This document shows, one piece after another, positions 50,807 through 60,807 of a DNA stretch of 64,000 bases. Positions within the stretch are counted from its first letter, which is position 1. Every line of letters begins with the position of its first letter. The stretch lies in NCBI GenBank assembly GCA_963850305.1, contig CAWKKR010000004.1, positions 352,001-416,000 on the forward strand, read 5' to 3'. The position numbers were made by a program, and so were the translations under genes. Source of the stretch: an uncultured delta proteobacterium (GTDB taxonomy: Bacteria; Myxococcota_A; Polyangia; Polyangiales; Polyangiaceae). Below the pieces are notes generated by a model. The model searched no databases. It saw nothing but the letters and a program-made list of their open reading frames with translations, and was not told where the DNA came from.

Positions 50807-51460
50807 ATGGCGCTCACGCACGTTCTCTTCGACCTCGACGGCGTCCTCCTCGACACCGAACCATTGTATTCCCGAGCAACGCAGGCAATCGTCGGCAGAT
50901 TCGGCAAAACGTTCGACTGGTCCATCAAGCGACGGATCATGGGGTCGGATGCGCGCGTCGGCGCGACCTACCTGCTGGAGCAGCTCGGGATCCCACTCAG
51001 CGCCGATGAATTTCTCGCGCAGCAGCGCCCAATTCTCGAGGAGTTACTCGCGAACGCGCCCGCGATGCCCGGCGTGGAAACCTTCGTGCGCGGACTCGCC
51101 GCACGCAAAGTCCCGATGGCGGTCGCGACGAGTAGCGCGCGACACTTGTTCGACCTCAAGAGCGCGCGACACTCCTTCTTCGAAGCGTTCGAGGCGATCG
51201 TGTGCGGTGACGATCCGCGCGTGTCCGCCAAGAAGCCGTCACCGCAGCTCTTCCTCGTGGCCGCGCTCGAGCTCCGCGCCGCACCCGCGTCATGCCTCGT
51301 GTTCGAAGACTCGCCCGCGGGCGTAACGGCCGCGCTCGCCGCGGGCATGCGCGTCGTTGCGATTCCGGATCCGGAGCTCGGCATCGAGCATTGCGCCGGG
51401 GCTCACCGAATTTTACCGGATTGGAACGCGATCAGCGCGATCGGTTTCGACAGACTGTAG
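50807..51460 (+). CDS. HAD-IA family phosphatase
   Basis: FDLDGVLLDTE, VATSS, KPSP and VFEDS. Confidence 0.92.
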   Translation: MALTHVLFDLDGVLLDTEPLYSRATQAIVGRFGKTFDWSIKRRIMGSDARVGATYLLEQLGIPLSADEFLAQQRPILEELLANAPAMPGVETFVRGLAARKVPMAVATSSARHLFDLKSARHSFFEAFEAIVCGDDPRVSAKKPSPQLFLVAALELRAAPASCLVFEDSPAGVTAALAAGMRVVAIPDPELGIEHCAGAHRILPDWNAISAIGFDRL

Positions 51461-51587
51461 TGATCTCGTGACGCTGGCATCCGGTGTGTTCGACTTTTGC
51501 GCGACCATGAGGCCGAGGCATCAGCGCGCATAGTGCATCTTGCCAGGGACGACGGACCGCGATACGTCGGTCGACGTCAGCGGACAC

Positions 51588-52475
51588 ATGATGTCGCCGG
51601 GTCGCGGAAAGGATTCGATATTTTCTCGTGCAGTGCGCGAGACGCTGGATGCGCTCGTCGCGCCGGTCGTTCGGGACGCGCTGATTCACGACGCTCTGAT
51701 CCTTGCGCGCATGAGCAACCTCCCTGAAGAGGGGACGGCGATCCGATCGTTCGCGACCGGCGCGCTCAGAACCGTGACCGAACGCGCACTCGGCATCGAG
51801 CTTGCTCGATGCGTGACGGAGGAGATCCTGCTCGTCATCCGCCCCCGCGAGGAAGGTCCGGACGGGAAGACCCCCCGCATCCCTCTGCCCCGCGAGCGGC
51901 GCCCCTCGTCGCCCGGTTTCCGAAGAACTTCCACGCCACCCGTGACCGCGCGCAGGACCCCGAGGGTGCCGCTGCAAACGGACCCCGCGTGGCCGCCCGG
52001 CAGAGGGTCGCACATCCGGCAGAACACTCCGCGCTGCAGCGACTCCGAGCCGCCGCCGCCTGGAATGACGCCCGGCACGAGTTCCTCGCGGCCCCCGCGG
52101 TCGCTTGCAGACGCACCATTCGTCATCGTGTCGACCGAAGACGTCGCGCTGTTCGAAACGCTGGGCGATTGGTTTCGCGAACGGGCACGCGTGTGTCGTG
52201 TGCGGTCAGCGTCGGCTCTGGTGCGCCACCTCGACGGTGCGAACGGGCACCGTTGCATCGTGATCCTGGACGGCAAGAGTCCGTCGATCCGGCCCGCCGC
52301 GGCGGTCGTACTGCTCGAAGATCTGCCACACGCCGAAGTCGTGCTGTGCCGCGCCGCACCCGCGACGGAGCAAGTGGTGCTCGCGGCGTCGCCGAGTACC
52401 CAGAAATGGCTCGTCTATCGTGAGCCAGCGTCGCTCGAGCACGTCGCCGCGGAGTGCCTTCGCCTGGTGTCGTGA
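51588..52475 (+). CDS. Hypothetical protein with possible degenerate receiver-like C-terminal domain
   Basis: Helical N-domain, Pro/Arg linker, alpha/beta C-domain (VIVSTED...VILDG). Confidence 0.55.
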   Translation: MMSPGRGKDSIFSRAVRETLDALVAPVVRDALIHDALILARMSNLPEEGTAIRSFATGALRTVTERALGIELARCVTEEILLVIRPREEGPDGKTPRIPLPRERRPSSPGFRRTSTPPVTARRTPRVPLQTDPAWPPGRGSHIRQNTPRCSDSEPPPPGMTPGTSSSRPPRSLADAPFVIVSTEDVALFETLGDWFRERARVCRVRSASALVRHLDGANGHRCIVILDGKSPSIRPAAAVVLLEDLPHAEVVLCRAAPATEQVVLAASPSTQKWLVYREPASLEHVAAECLRLVS

Positions 52476-52503
52476 GGGCATTCGACGACACCGACGGTAG
52501 ACG

Positions 52504-54080
52504 TCAATATGGCGAATCGTACGCGTTCGGATCGGGCGACGCGCTGGGCTGCGCCTTCGCCCCACTCGGGCTCCCGTTCGAGGGGGACGCCGTATTTCCG
52601 TCCCCTCGTCGCATGTCCATCAGCACGTCCTTCAACGGACGCCAGCCGTGCCGTCGCAAATACTCCCTGTAACCCTGCTCGCGTCGCGCCGCTTCGGCCT
52701 CCGCATCGACAGGCGCGACCTCGCCCTTCGCGGGGGTCGAGCCCGGGAGGCGGGGCTTGATTTTTGGGGGACCGCCGGCTTCTCGTCGGACACCGAGCGC
52801 CCCGCGACGGCGACAGGGTCGTCCAGGTCGTCGTCGGTTGCCTCGGGCTCTGGTTCGGCCGCAACGAACGGCACGTCCGGCACCCGGGAAATCTCCCCGA
52901 ACGGACCGACGAAGTACGGCTCCGCCCACCGCGCCGGCTCGACGGAGCCCTCCTCGCTCGCATTCAGGTGTGCTTGCCGTGCGAAGGCGCGCCAAAAGGA
53001 CGTCCCTTCGCGCGATCTGGCGATCGCGCTGGCGCCGCTGATGACGACCAGCCACGCGATTAGGGCCGCGACCGGAACCGCGCGAACGCGGACGGGCGGA
53101 CGCGACGGGATGGCGACGGGCGCGTCGCTCCGCACGCGACGTGGCTCCGGCGTGCGCGCGTCAGGCAGCTCGACGGCGGGCAAATAGCTCGGCGCTGGCG
53201 CGACTGCGGGACTCGTGCGGAGGAGCGCCGCCGCACGGTAGACACGTAAGGCATCGACGAGCTCCCCGACCGAGTAAAATCGATCCGCCGGATTCTTCTC
53301 GAGACACCGCCGCACGATACCGTCGAGCTGTCGATCGATCTCCGGCCGGAGCTCTCCCAGCGGTCGCGGTGCAGCGTTGGCGACACGCGCGAACACTTCC
53401 ACCACCGTGTCGCCGTCGAACGGCAGCTCTCCCGATAGAAACTGATAGAGCACGACCCCGAGAGACCAGATGTCGGTCCGGCTGTCGATCGTTCGCGGGG
53501 AGCTCATCTGCTCGGGCGACATGTAGCAAGGGGAGCCCATGTTCTCCTGCGGCCCCGTCTCGATCTTCGCCCGGCTCGCGTCGAGGCGCTTCGCGATCCC
53601 GAAGTCGACCACCTTGACGATCGACCGGCGTGACGGTCCCTGAACCAGGAAGAGATTTTCCGGCTTGATGTCGCGGTGGACGATCGATACGGCGTGCGCC
53701 TCGGCCAGAGCCTCGCACGCCTGCAGAACGTAATCGACGGCGCGATCCGGCGGAAACGGCCCCTCCTTTCGGAGGAGCGCCTCGAGATCGGTTCCCTCGA
53801 GGTACTCCATGACGAAGTAGGGAACGCCATCGGAGAGCTGCCCGACATCCATCACGCGCACGACGTGTTCGCCCCGAAGCGCCGCGGCCGCGCGAGCCTC
53901 TTCGAGGAAGCGCCCTACGAGCGCCGCGTTCCGCGCGAGTTCCGGGTGAAGGAATTTGAGCGCGACCGGTTGCCCGAGCTCGACGTGCCGCGCGAGCCAG
54001 ACGACGCCCATACCGCCGCTCGCGAGAACCCGTTCCAGGGCGTAGCGCTCCGCAATCGAAGCCCCTGGCGCGAGCTGCAT
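52504..54080 (-). CDS. Ser/Thr protein kinase; probable frameshift at 52761-52770
   Basis: SGGMGVVW, ALK, HRDIKPEN, DFG, GSPCYMSPEQ; the uncorrected ORF stops at 52632, while the alternative frame gives a protein-like tail ending AYDSPY. Confidence 0.9.
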
Positions 54081-54225
54081 CGCGCACGCGTAGCACGGCC
54101 CAGTTACGCGGGACCAATGACAGGCGAAAGATCGGCGGGCCGTCCGGCAGCGCGACGAACCACCGGATCGCGGCCGAGACGACCTTCGTCTTCGGGCCCG
54201 CCGGGATCGAGACGAAGCTCGTACT

Positions 54226-54512
54226 TCAATACCGGAACCCCCGTCCCCGCGGGCCGCGGATCATTTGTTCGTACAGGCGCCGCTGGTCGGGATCGAGCAC
54301 GTCGCGCACCTCGGCATCGACCTCGAGTTCCTTCGCGCGGAGCTCCTGCCCGCATCGATCGTACATATCGTTCATGAGCCGACGACGTTCCCCGACGAGA
54401 GGATGTCGGCGATCTCCGGCGAGCTGAAGCCCTCGACCGACCTCAGGATCAATGCCGTCTGCTGATCGATCGGCAACGTCCCGATGGCACTCTCCGAGCG
54501 GGCGCTGCTCAT
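54226..54512 (-). pseudogene. Remnants: ECF sigma region 4 fragment (54372-54512) and CpxP/Spy-like helical fragment (54226-54375)
   Basis: AIGTLPIDQQTALILRSVEGFSSPEIADIL, then an overlapping ORF ...EVRDVLDPDQRRLYEQM. Confidence 0.55.
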
Positions 54513-54606
54513 CTCCCTGGTTCGACGCTCGTCATACCGGCTTCCCTACGCTCGCCCCGTCGATTTCCCCGAGCGCCGCGGCTCGTACCCACGGAACCAT
54601 TCGAAA

Positions 54607-55839
54607 TCATTCCACGAAATCCAAATCCTTGCCGTACGTCTCCTCGAGCGACCCGAGCGAGACGGCGGCGATGAGCATCGTGACGACACCCACGGCGATC
54701 GCCCCTCCCGTGACGCCGAGCACGCCTTTCAAGAGCTTGAATGCGGAGGTCAAAAGCACGACCGCGCCGCGAACGAAGTTCGGAATGGTCGTGGTCGCGG
54801 TCGCGCGAATGTTCGTACCGAACTGCTCCGACGCCACGGTGACGAAGACCGCCCAGTAACCGCCGGCCACCCCGAGCGCGAAGCAGCAAGCGTAAAAGAC
54901 CGTCAGCGACATGGATGCGATCGTGAAATAGGCCACGATTCCCGAGGCAGTCAGCCCGAGGAAAAGCCCCACGACCTTCTTTCGACTGCGAAGGAGCTGA
55001 CTCAGCCATCCGCTCGCGAAATCTCCGACCGAGAGCCCGATATACGTGAGCATGACCGCGTGACTCGCCGTGGGCAGCGGGTTCATCCCCATGTCCTTCG
55101 CGATCTCCGGGGAGAGGCCGATGAGAATGCTCACCACGAACCAGATCGGCACGCCGATGAAGATGACCGCAAGGTATTTTCTGGCGCGCGGTAACGACGT
55201 GAGCAGTCGAAGGAACTGGCCGCGCGGCGCGGCGCGGTTCTTGGCACTGTCGAACATGCCCGACTCGAGGAGCCCGATACGCAGAAGCAAGAGCGCAATG
55301 CCGAGCCCGCCGCCGACGAAGTAAGCGACGCGCCAGGAGAACGTGTCGCCGACGAGGGCGGCGATGACCGCACCGAGCACACCCACCGTCGCGACGATCG
55401 TCGTCCCGTAGCCGCGCGAATCCCGATCCATGACCTCGCTGACGAGCGTGATCCCCGCGCCGAGCTCGCCGGCGAGCCCGACGCCCGCGAGGAACCGCAT
55501 GACCGCATACTGTTCGACCGTCGTCACGAAGCCGTTCGCGATGTTGGCGATCGAATAGAGAAAGATCGACCCAAACAGCACCGAAAGGCGTCCGCGCTTG
55601 TCGCCGAGGATCCCCCACAAGATCCCGCCGAGCAGCATGCCGATCATCTGCATGTTCAAGAGATCCACGCCTTGCTCGAGGATCGCCGGCGCGGGAACGC
55701 CGAGTCCTTTGAGGCTCTTCACGCGCACGATCAGAAACAGGATGAGATCGTAGATATCGACGAAATAACCGAGGGCCGCGACGAGCACCGTGAGGAAGAT
55801 CGAGCGCGCGGTCGTGCGTGAGGGTCGTGTTTCAGCCAT
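54607..55839 (-). CDS. MFS transporter
   Basis: GILGDKRGR motif A, RFLAGVGLAGE, EQFGTNIRAT; 12 TM-like segments. Confidence 0.92.
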   Translation of the reverse strand: MAETRPSRTTARSIFLTVLVAALGYFVDIYDLILFLIVRVKSLKGLGVPAPAILEQGVDLLNMQMIGMLLGGILWGILGDKRGRLSVLFGSIFLYSIANIANGFVTTVEQYAVMRFLAGVGLAGELGAGITLVSEVMDRDSRGYGTTIVATVGVLGAVIAALVGDTFSWRVAYFVGGGLGIALLLLRIGLLESGMFDSAKNRAAPRGQFLRLLTSLPRARKYLAVIFIGVPIWFVVSILIGLSPEIAKDMGMNPLPTASHAVMLTYIGLSVGDFASGWLSQLLRSRKKVVGLFLGLTASGIVAYFTIASMSLTVFYACCFALGVAGGYWAVFVTVASEQFGTNIRATATTTIPNFVRGAVVLLTSAFKLLKGVLGVTGGAIAVGVVTMLIAAVSLGSLEETYGKDLDFVE

Positions 55840-55881
55840 GGTTTGCCGCCGAGCCTACGCTGGGTCCTCTCCCCAAGTCGA

Positions 55882-57056
55882 TCAGGACGCCCGCGGTCGA
55901 CCGAAGTTCGTCGTCTTGCTGACCTCGAGACGGCTCTGATTATATCCCCACTCCAGAGCGCGACGAAGCGCGCGGGACCGGTGGAAATCGTATTTCACGA
56001 CGAACGTTGCGGCGGCTTCGAGTCCGCGCCGGAGCGCGGTCGGCACGCTCACCGTTCGGCGCACCTCGCGCCAATAGTTGCGAACGGCGGCCTCGTCCAA
56101 TCCCGAAGCTCCGAGCGCCGATGCCGACGCCGCGCCCGCAAGGCAACCAGTATGCATCGCGTGCCAGATGCCCTCCCCGGTGAGCGGATCGATGAGACGG
56201 GCCGCGTCGCCACAGGTGAGGAGCCCCGGCGCGCACGGCGGACCGCGAAAGGTCGCGAGGGGCAACGACCAGGTCCTCGTGACGCCGCACGCTCGCGCGT
56301 GCCGAAACCGCGCCGGGTTCGCCTCCACGAAGCGACGCATCAGCTCGGGCAGACGCTGCGCGCCGGAGCGATAGCGATCGACGCGCAAGTACACCCCCAC
56401 GTTGGACCGGCCCTCGACCGGCGGAAAATCCACGCGTATCCCGTGGGTAGATATTTTTCGAAAAAGTGCTCGCTGTAGCCGGCGTCGGACGACTCTTCGA
56501 CTTGCTCGTAGTACGCCGTCGCAGAGATCCCGAGTGCGGTCGCGCCCGGCGGTGGCAGCCCGAGCGCGTTCCACGCGAGCGACGCAGTTCCGTCCGCGAC
56601 GATGATCGCGCCGGCTTTCCACTCGAACCCAGGACCCTCCGCGCGGTCGAAATGATCGCCGTTCCGGATGAGCCGGCGAATCGTGACTCCTTCGCGAACG
56701 TCGACCCCTTCCCGTTCGGCGGCGCGACGGAGCAGATCGTCGAAATCGATTCGCTCGACGATGAGCCCCGGTTCCGAGCCATAGCTCCGGCGGACGCGAC
56801 TGCCGCCCGGGAAGATCGCGGCGGCACCGCGCACGGTGGCCTGCCGAACCCGAGCGACGCCGTCCTCTCCCGCGAGCGACCGAGCTATGTGGAGCGCCGC
56901 GTTCGGGATGGCGTCGCCGCAGGTCTTCTGGCGCGGAAAATGAGCCTTGTCGACGAGGCAGACTCGCGCGCCGGCACGCGCCGCGGAGATCGCCGCTGCG
57001 GAACCCGCCGGCCCCGCGCCGATGACGAGGATGTCGCTCGTTCCGACCGCACTCAT
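55882..57056 (-). CDS. Geranylgeranyl reductase-family flavoprotein; frameshift near 56425
   Basis: IGAGPAG, FPRQKTCGD, ADG, GYAWIF(P) and GDAARLIDPLTGEGI split over two frames. Confidence 0.85.
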
Positions 57057-57165
57057 GGTCGCTCTATATCACTCCCCGCTTCGGCGGAGATGCACGCCGC
57101 CGCGAGCCCGGGTCGTTCCAGCGGCCGCCCGGCGCCCACGGACAGCCCCGGCCACGCGAGCCACG

Positions 57166-57954
57166 CTAAGCCGTACCTCGGATGGCGTGAAGTTCGCGCT
57201 GCATGTTGGAGCGAACGATCTCGAGCAAGCGCTTGTGATCGTTGTCGACCGACTCGGGATGAACGGGGTCGAGCACACGCAGCAGCACGGGGCGCGGTCG
57301 AATGAAGAACTGATTCTTCGGAAGAATTTCCTGCGTGCCGTCGATGACGACGGGGACGATCGGAATGCGGTTTCTGACCGCCAATCGGAATGCCCCGGGA
57401 TAAAAGCGAATGAGCTCGCCGGAACTCGAGCGCGTGCCCTCCGGGAACACGAACAGGCTATGTCCCGCCCGTACCTTCCTGTGACACTGCCGGACCATGC
57501 GCATGATGCTCGGCAAATAACCGCGCCGGATGGGAACGTACCCATTCAGCCACATGTTCCATCCGAGGAACGGCACGTAAAAGTTCTCCACCTTGCTCAC
57601 CCAGAGGAATGGCGTTCGGAGGGCGAACACGGCGAGCACGTCCACCATGGACTGGTGATTCGAGACGTAGATGCAGGGCCCCGCCGCGCGCGCGCGTTCG
57701 ATGCCCTCGACCCGCACACCGGCCAACGGCGCCCACGCAAGATAATGGGCGCCCCACAGACACGTGTAAGCATGGAGCGCACGTCGCTTCGGGTCGAACG
57801 GCGCGGTCACGACGAAGATGGCCAGCGCCGGCACGAAGAACAGCGCGCACGTCGAGAACAGGTACGGCCAGTAGAACAGATTGTAAACTGCGAGGACGAG
57901 GCCGGTGACCGGCGCGGCTCGTCCGCGGGCTCCGCTCGCGAGAGCCGGCTCCAC
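57166..57954 (-). CDS. Lysophospholipid acyltransferase (PlsC family)
   Basis: NHQSMVD (HxxxxD) and FPEGTRS. Confidence 0.92.
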   Translation of the reverse strand: MEPALASGARGRAAPVTGLVLAVYNLFYWPYLFSTCALFFVPALAIFVVTAPFDPKRRALHAYTCLWGAHYLAWAPLAGVRVEGIERARAAGPCIYVSNHQSMVDVLAVFALRTPFLWVSKVENFYVPFLGWNMWLNGYVPIRRGYLPSIMRMVRQCHRKVRAGHSLFVFPEGTRSSSGELIRFYPGAFRLAVRNRIPIVPVVIDGTQEILPKNQFFIRPRPVLLRVLDPVHPESVDNDHKRLLEIVRSNMQRELHAIRGTA

Positions 57955-57960
57955 GGGAAC

Positions 57961-59250
57961 CTACTTGCTGCCGGTCGGCAGGTGCTTCGTGCCGCGGTCT
58001 TCGAACACCCGTTCCGTCTCACCCGTGTAGATCTGCCGGGGACGATGAATCCGATCCTCGGGATCCCGGCGCTGCTCCATCCAGTGAGCAATCCAGCCTG
58101 GAAGGCGGCCGAGCGTGAACATGACGGTGAACATCTCCGTCGGAATGCCCATCGCGCGATAGATGATCCCGCTGTAGAAATCGACGTTCGGGTAGAGCTT
58201 GCGCTTCACGAAATATTCGTCCTTGAGCGCGTGCTCCTCGAGCTTCTTGGCCAGATCCAGCAGCGGATCGTGGATGCCGAGTTGCTCGAACACCCGATCG
58301 CACGTCTTCTTGAGCAGAGTCGCGCGCGGATCGAAATTCTTGTAGACGCGGTGTCCGAATCCCATGAGTCGGATCTTCGACTCGCCCTTCTTCACCAGGT
58401 CGAGGAACCTCTCACAGTTGCCACCATCCTTCCGAATGGCTTCGAGCATCTCGATGACGCTCTGATTCGCGCCTCCGTGCCGCGGACCCCACAGGCCGCA
58501 GATCGCTGCCGAGACGGACGCGAAGAGATTCGCGCCGCTCGAGCCGACCATGCGCATCGTGGACGTGCTGCAGTTCTGCTCGTGGTCGGCGTGAATGATC
58601 AAGAGCAGGTTGAGGGCGTCCTCGAGAACGGGGTTGACCTCGTAATCCTCGGCAGGCACCGCGAACATCATCCGCAGGAAATTGCCTGGCCACGAAAGGT
58701 CGTTACGCGGATAAACGAAGGGCTGACCGACGCTCTTCTTGTGCGCAAACGCGGCGAGCGTCTTTGCCTTGGCCAGAATGCGGACGATGTTCCGGTCGAG
58801 CGTCTCTTCCGTCTCGGGATAGAAGCTCGACAGCGACGCGACCATCGCCGCCATGATCGCCATCGGGTGTGCGCCGGGCGGATAGCCCTCGTAGAACTTC
58901 TTCATGTCCTCATGAAGAAGCGTGTGGCGATTCATCTTGTCGCGGAACTCCTTGAGTTCCTCGACCGACGGGCGCTTGCCGTAGATGAGCAGGAAACAGA
59001 CCTCGGTGAAGCGCGCGCGCTCCGCGACTTGCTCTATGGGATACCCGCGATAACGGAGGATCCCCTTCTCGCCGTCGATGAACGTGATCGCGCTCTCGCA
59101 CGATCCGGTATTGCCGTAACCCGGATCGAGCGTGATGAGGCCCGTGTGCTTCCGGAGATCGGCAATGACGATGCCGCGCTCGCCTTCGGACCCTTCTACG
59201 ATCGGCAGATCGTAGTCTTTACCTTCGTAGGTCAGTTTGACGGTGCTCAT
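57961..59250 (-). CDS. gltA: Citrate synthase
   Basis: SAITFIDGEKGILRYRGY, HADHEQNCST, GPRHGGAN, MGFGHRVY and YPNVDFYSG. Confidence 0.97.
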   Translation of the reverse strand: MSTVKLTYEGKDYDLPIVEGSEGERGIVIADLRKHTGLITLDPGYGNTGSCESAITFIDGEKGILRYRGYPIEQVAERARFTEVCFLLIYGKRPSVEELKEFRDKMNRHTLLHEDMKKFYEGYPPGAHPMAIMAAMVASLSSFYPETEETLDRNIVRILAKAKTLAAFAHKKSVGQPFVYPRNDLSWPGNFLRMMFAVPAEDYEVNPVLEDALNLLLIIHADHEQNCSTSTMRMVGSSGANLFASVSAAICGLWGPRHGGANQSVIEMLEAIRKDGGNCERFLDLVKKGESKIRLMGFGHRVYKNFDPRATLLKKTCDRVFEQLGIHDPLLDLAKKLEEHALKDEYFVKRKLYPNVDFYSGIIYRAMGIPTEMFTVMFTLGRLPGWIAHWMEQRRDPEDRIHRPRQIYTGETERVFEDRGTKHLPTGSK

Positions 59251-59349
59251 TTGCTCCGACTCTACAACAGCATCAGGGGTGCGGCGACAGATCTTCGGGA
59301 CCGGCGCCGCGCGAACGGAACCTCGCGGCGGAGGCGAGAAATTCCGGGC

Positions 59350-60738
59350 TCACACCGCGCGCAGATGGTAGCTCTTCGGCCGCGTCAGGGATTCGAAACC
59401 GACGCGGGATAGCGTGCAGCCGCGCCCGGAGTCCTTTGCGCCCGTCCACGCGAGCGCGGGGTCCAGATAGTCGCACCGGTTCATGAAGACGGTTCCGGTG
59501 TCGACGAGATCGCCGAGGGTGATCGCGGCGAGCTCGTCGCGCGTCCAGATCGACGCGGTGAGTCCGTAGGGACTGTCGTTCATGAGCGTGACTGCTTCCT
59601 CGTCGCCCTTGACTTTCATGATGCCCACGACCGGGCCGAAGCTTTCTTCCTTCATCACGCGCATGGAGTGATCGACCGAGACCAGCACCTGCGGCGCGAG
59701 ATATGGCGTGCCGGGAGCGTTCGCCGGGAAGGATCCGGGGTCGAGCAGCGCACGCGCGCCGCCCCGAACCGCCTCGTCGATCTGCCCGCGGACGAAATCC
59801 GCGGCGGACGAGCGAACGAGAGGGCCGAGGTTCGTCGCGGGATCGAGCGGGTCACCGAGTCGGTATTCCTTCGTCAACGCGACGAAGCCATCGACGAACC
59901 GATCGTAGGCGTCCTCGTGGACGTAGATGCGTTCCACGCCGCAGCAGGATTGCCCGCTGTTGAAGAACGCGCCATCGACGAGGTTCTCGACCGCATGATC
60001 GAGCTTCGCGTCGCCTCGAACGTAAGCCGGATCCTTGCCGCCGAGCTCGAGGCCGACCCCGATGAATCGCTCCGAGGCGAACCGCTGCACGAGGTGTCCG
60101 ACTCGCACCGAGCCCGTGAAGGCGACGAAGTCCACCCCCGGCGTCGCGATGAGCCGGTCCGTGTCGTCGTCGGTGGTGTGCAGGAACTGAAAGACGCCCG
60201 GCGGGAGTCCCGCTGCACGAAACGCCTCGTCGAGGCGCTCGGAGCACAGCGGCGTCTGCGGCGAATGCCGGAGAAGCACCACGTTTCCCGCCAGCAGCGC
60301 CGGCACGACCGAGTTCACGGCCGTGAGATACGGATAGTTCCAGGGCGCGATCGCCAGCACGACGCCCAGCGGTTCTCGACGAATGAAGCGCCGGAACCCG
60401 GGTTTCGGACCGACGTCGATGTCGGCGAGCGCCTGCTCGGCGACGGCGATCATGAAACGTGCGCGCTCCTCGAAGCCGCGGATCTCGCCCGGGCTCTGCG
60501 AAATAGGACGTCCCATCTGGCGCGTGATCTCGTCGGCATGCGCGTCGCGCTTCGACACGAATGCGTCGACGGCCTTCGAGACGAGCACCGCGCGTTCCGC
60601 GACGGGTACACGCTTCCACTCGCCGCGAGCTCGAACCGCGGCGTCGAGAGCACGCTTCACCTCGGTGGAGGACGCGAAACGGCGCTCCACGTAGGGCTTG
60701 CCGTCGATCGGAGAATGAGTGACGAGCCGATCGGCCAT
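59350..60738 (-). CDS. Aldehyde dehydrogenase
   Basis: PWNYP, FTGS, LELGGKDP, FNSGQSCC and EESFGP. Confidence 0.95.
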   Translation of the reverse strand: MADRLVTHSPIDGKPYVERRFASSTEVKRALDAAVRARGEWKRVPVAERAVLVSKAVDAFVSKRDAHADEITRQMGRPISQSPGEIRGFEERARFMIAVAEQALADIDVGPKPGFRRFIRREPLGVVLAIAPWNYPYLTAVNSVVPALLAGNVVLLRHSPQTPLCSERLDEAFRAAGLPPGVFQFLHTTDDDTDRLIATPGVDFVAFTGSVRVGHLVQRFASERFIGVGLELGGKDPAYVRGDAKLDHAVENLVDGAFFNSGQSCCGVERIYVHEDAYDRFVDGFVALTKEYRLGDPLDPATNLGPLVRSSAADFVRGQIDEAVRGGARALLDPGSFPANAPGTPYLAPQVLVSVDHSMRVMKEESFGPVVGIMKVKGDEEAVTLMNDSPYGLTASIWTRDELAAITLGDLVDTGTVFMNRCDYLDPALAWTGAKDSGRGCTLSRVGFESLTRPKSYHLRAV

Positions 60739-60807
60739 TTCTTCTCCGCGGACTATAGCTCGTCTCCGACGCGCCGGAACGCCCGCCCGCGCGATGTCAT
60801 CGATCCG

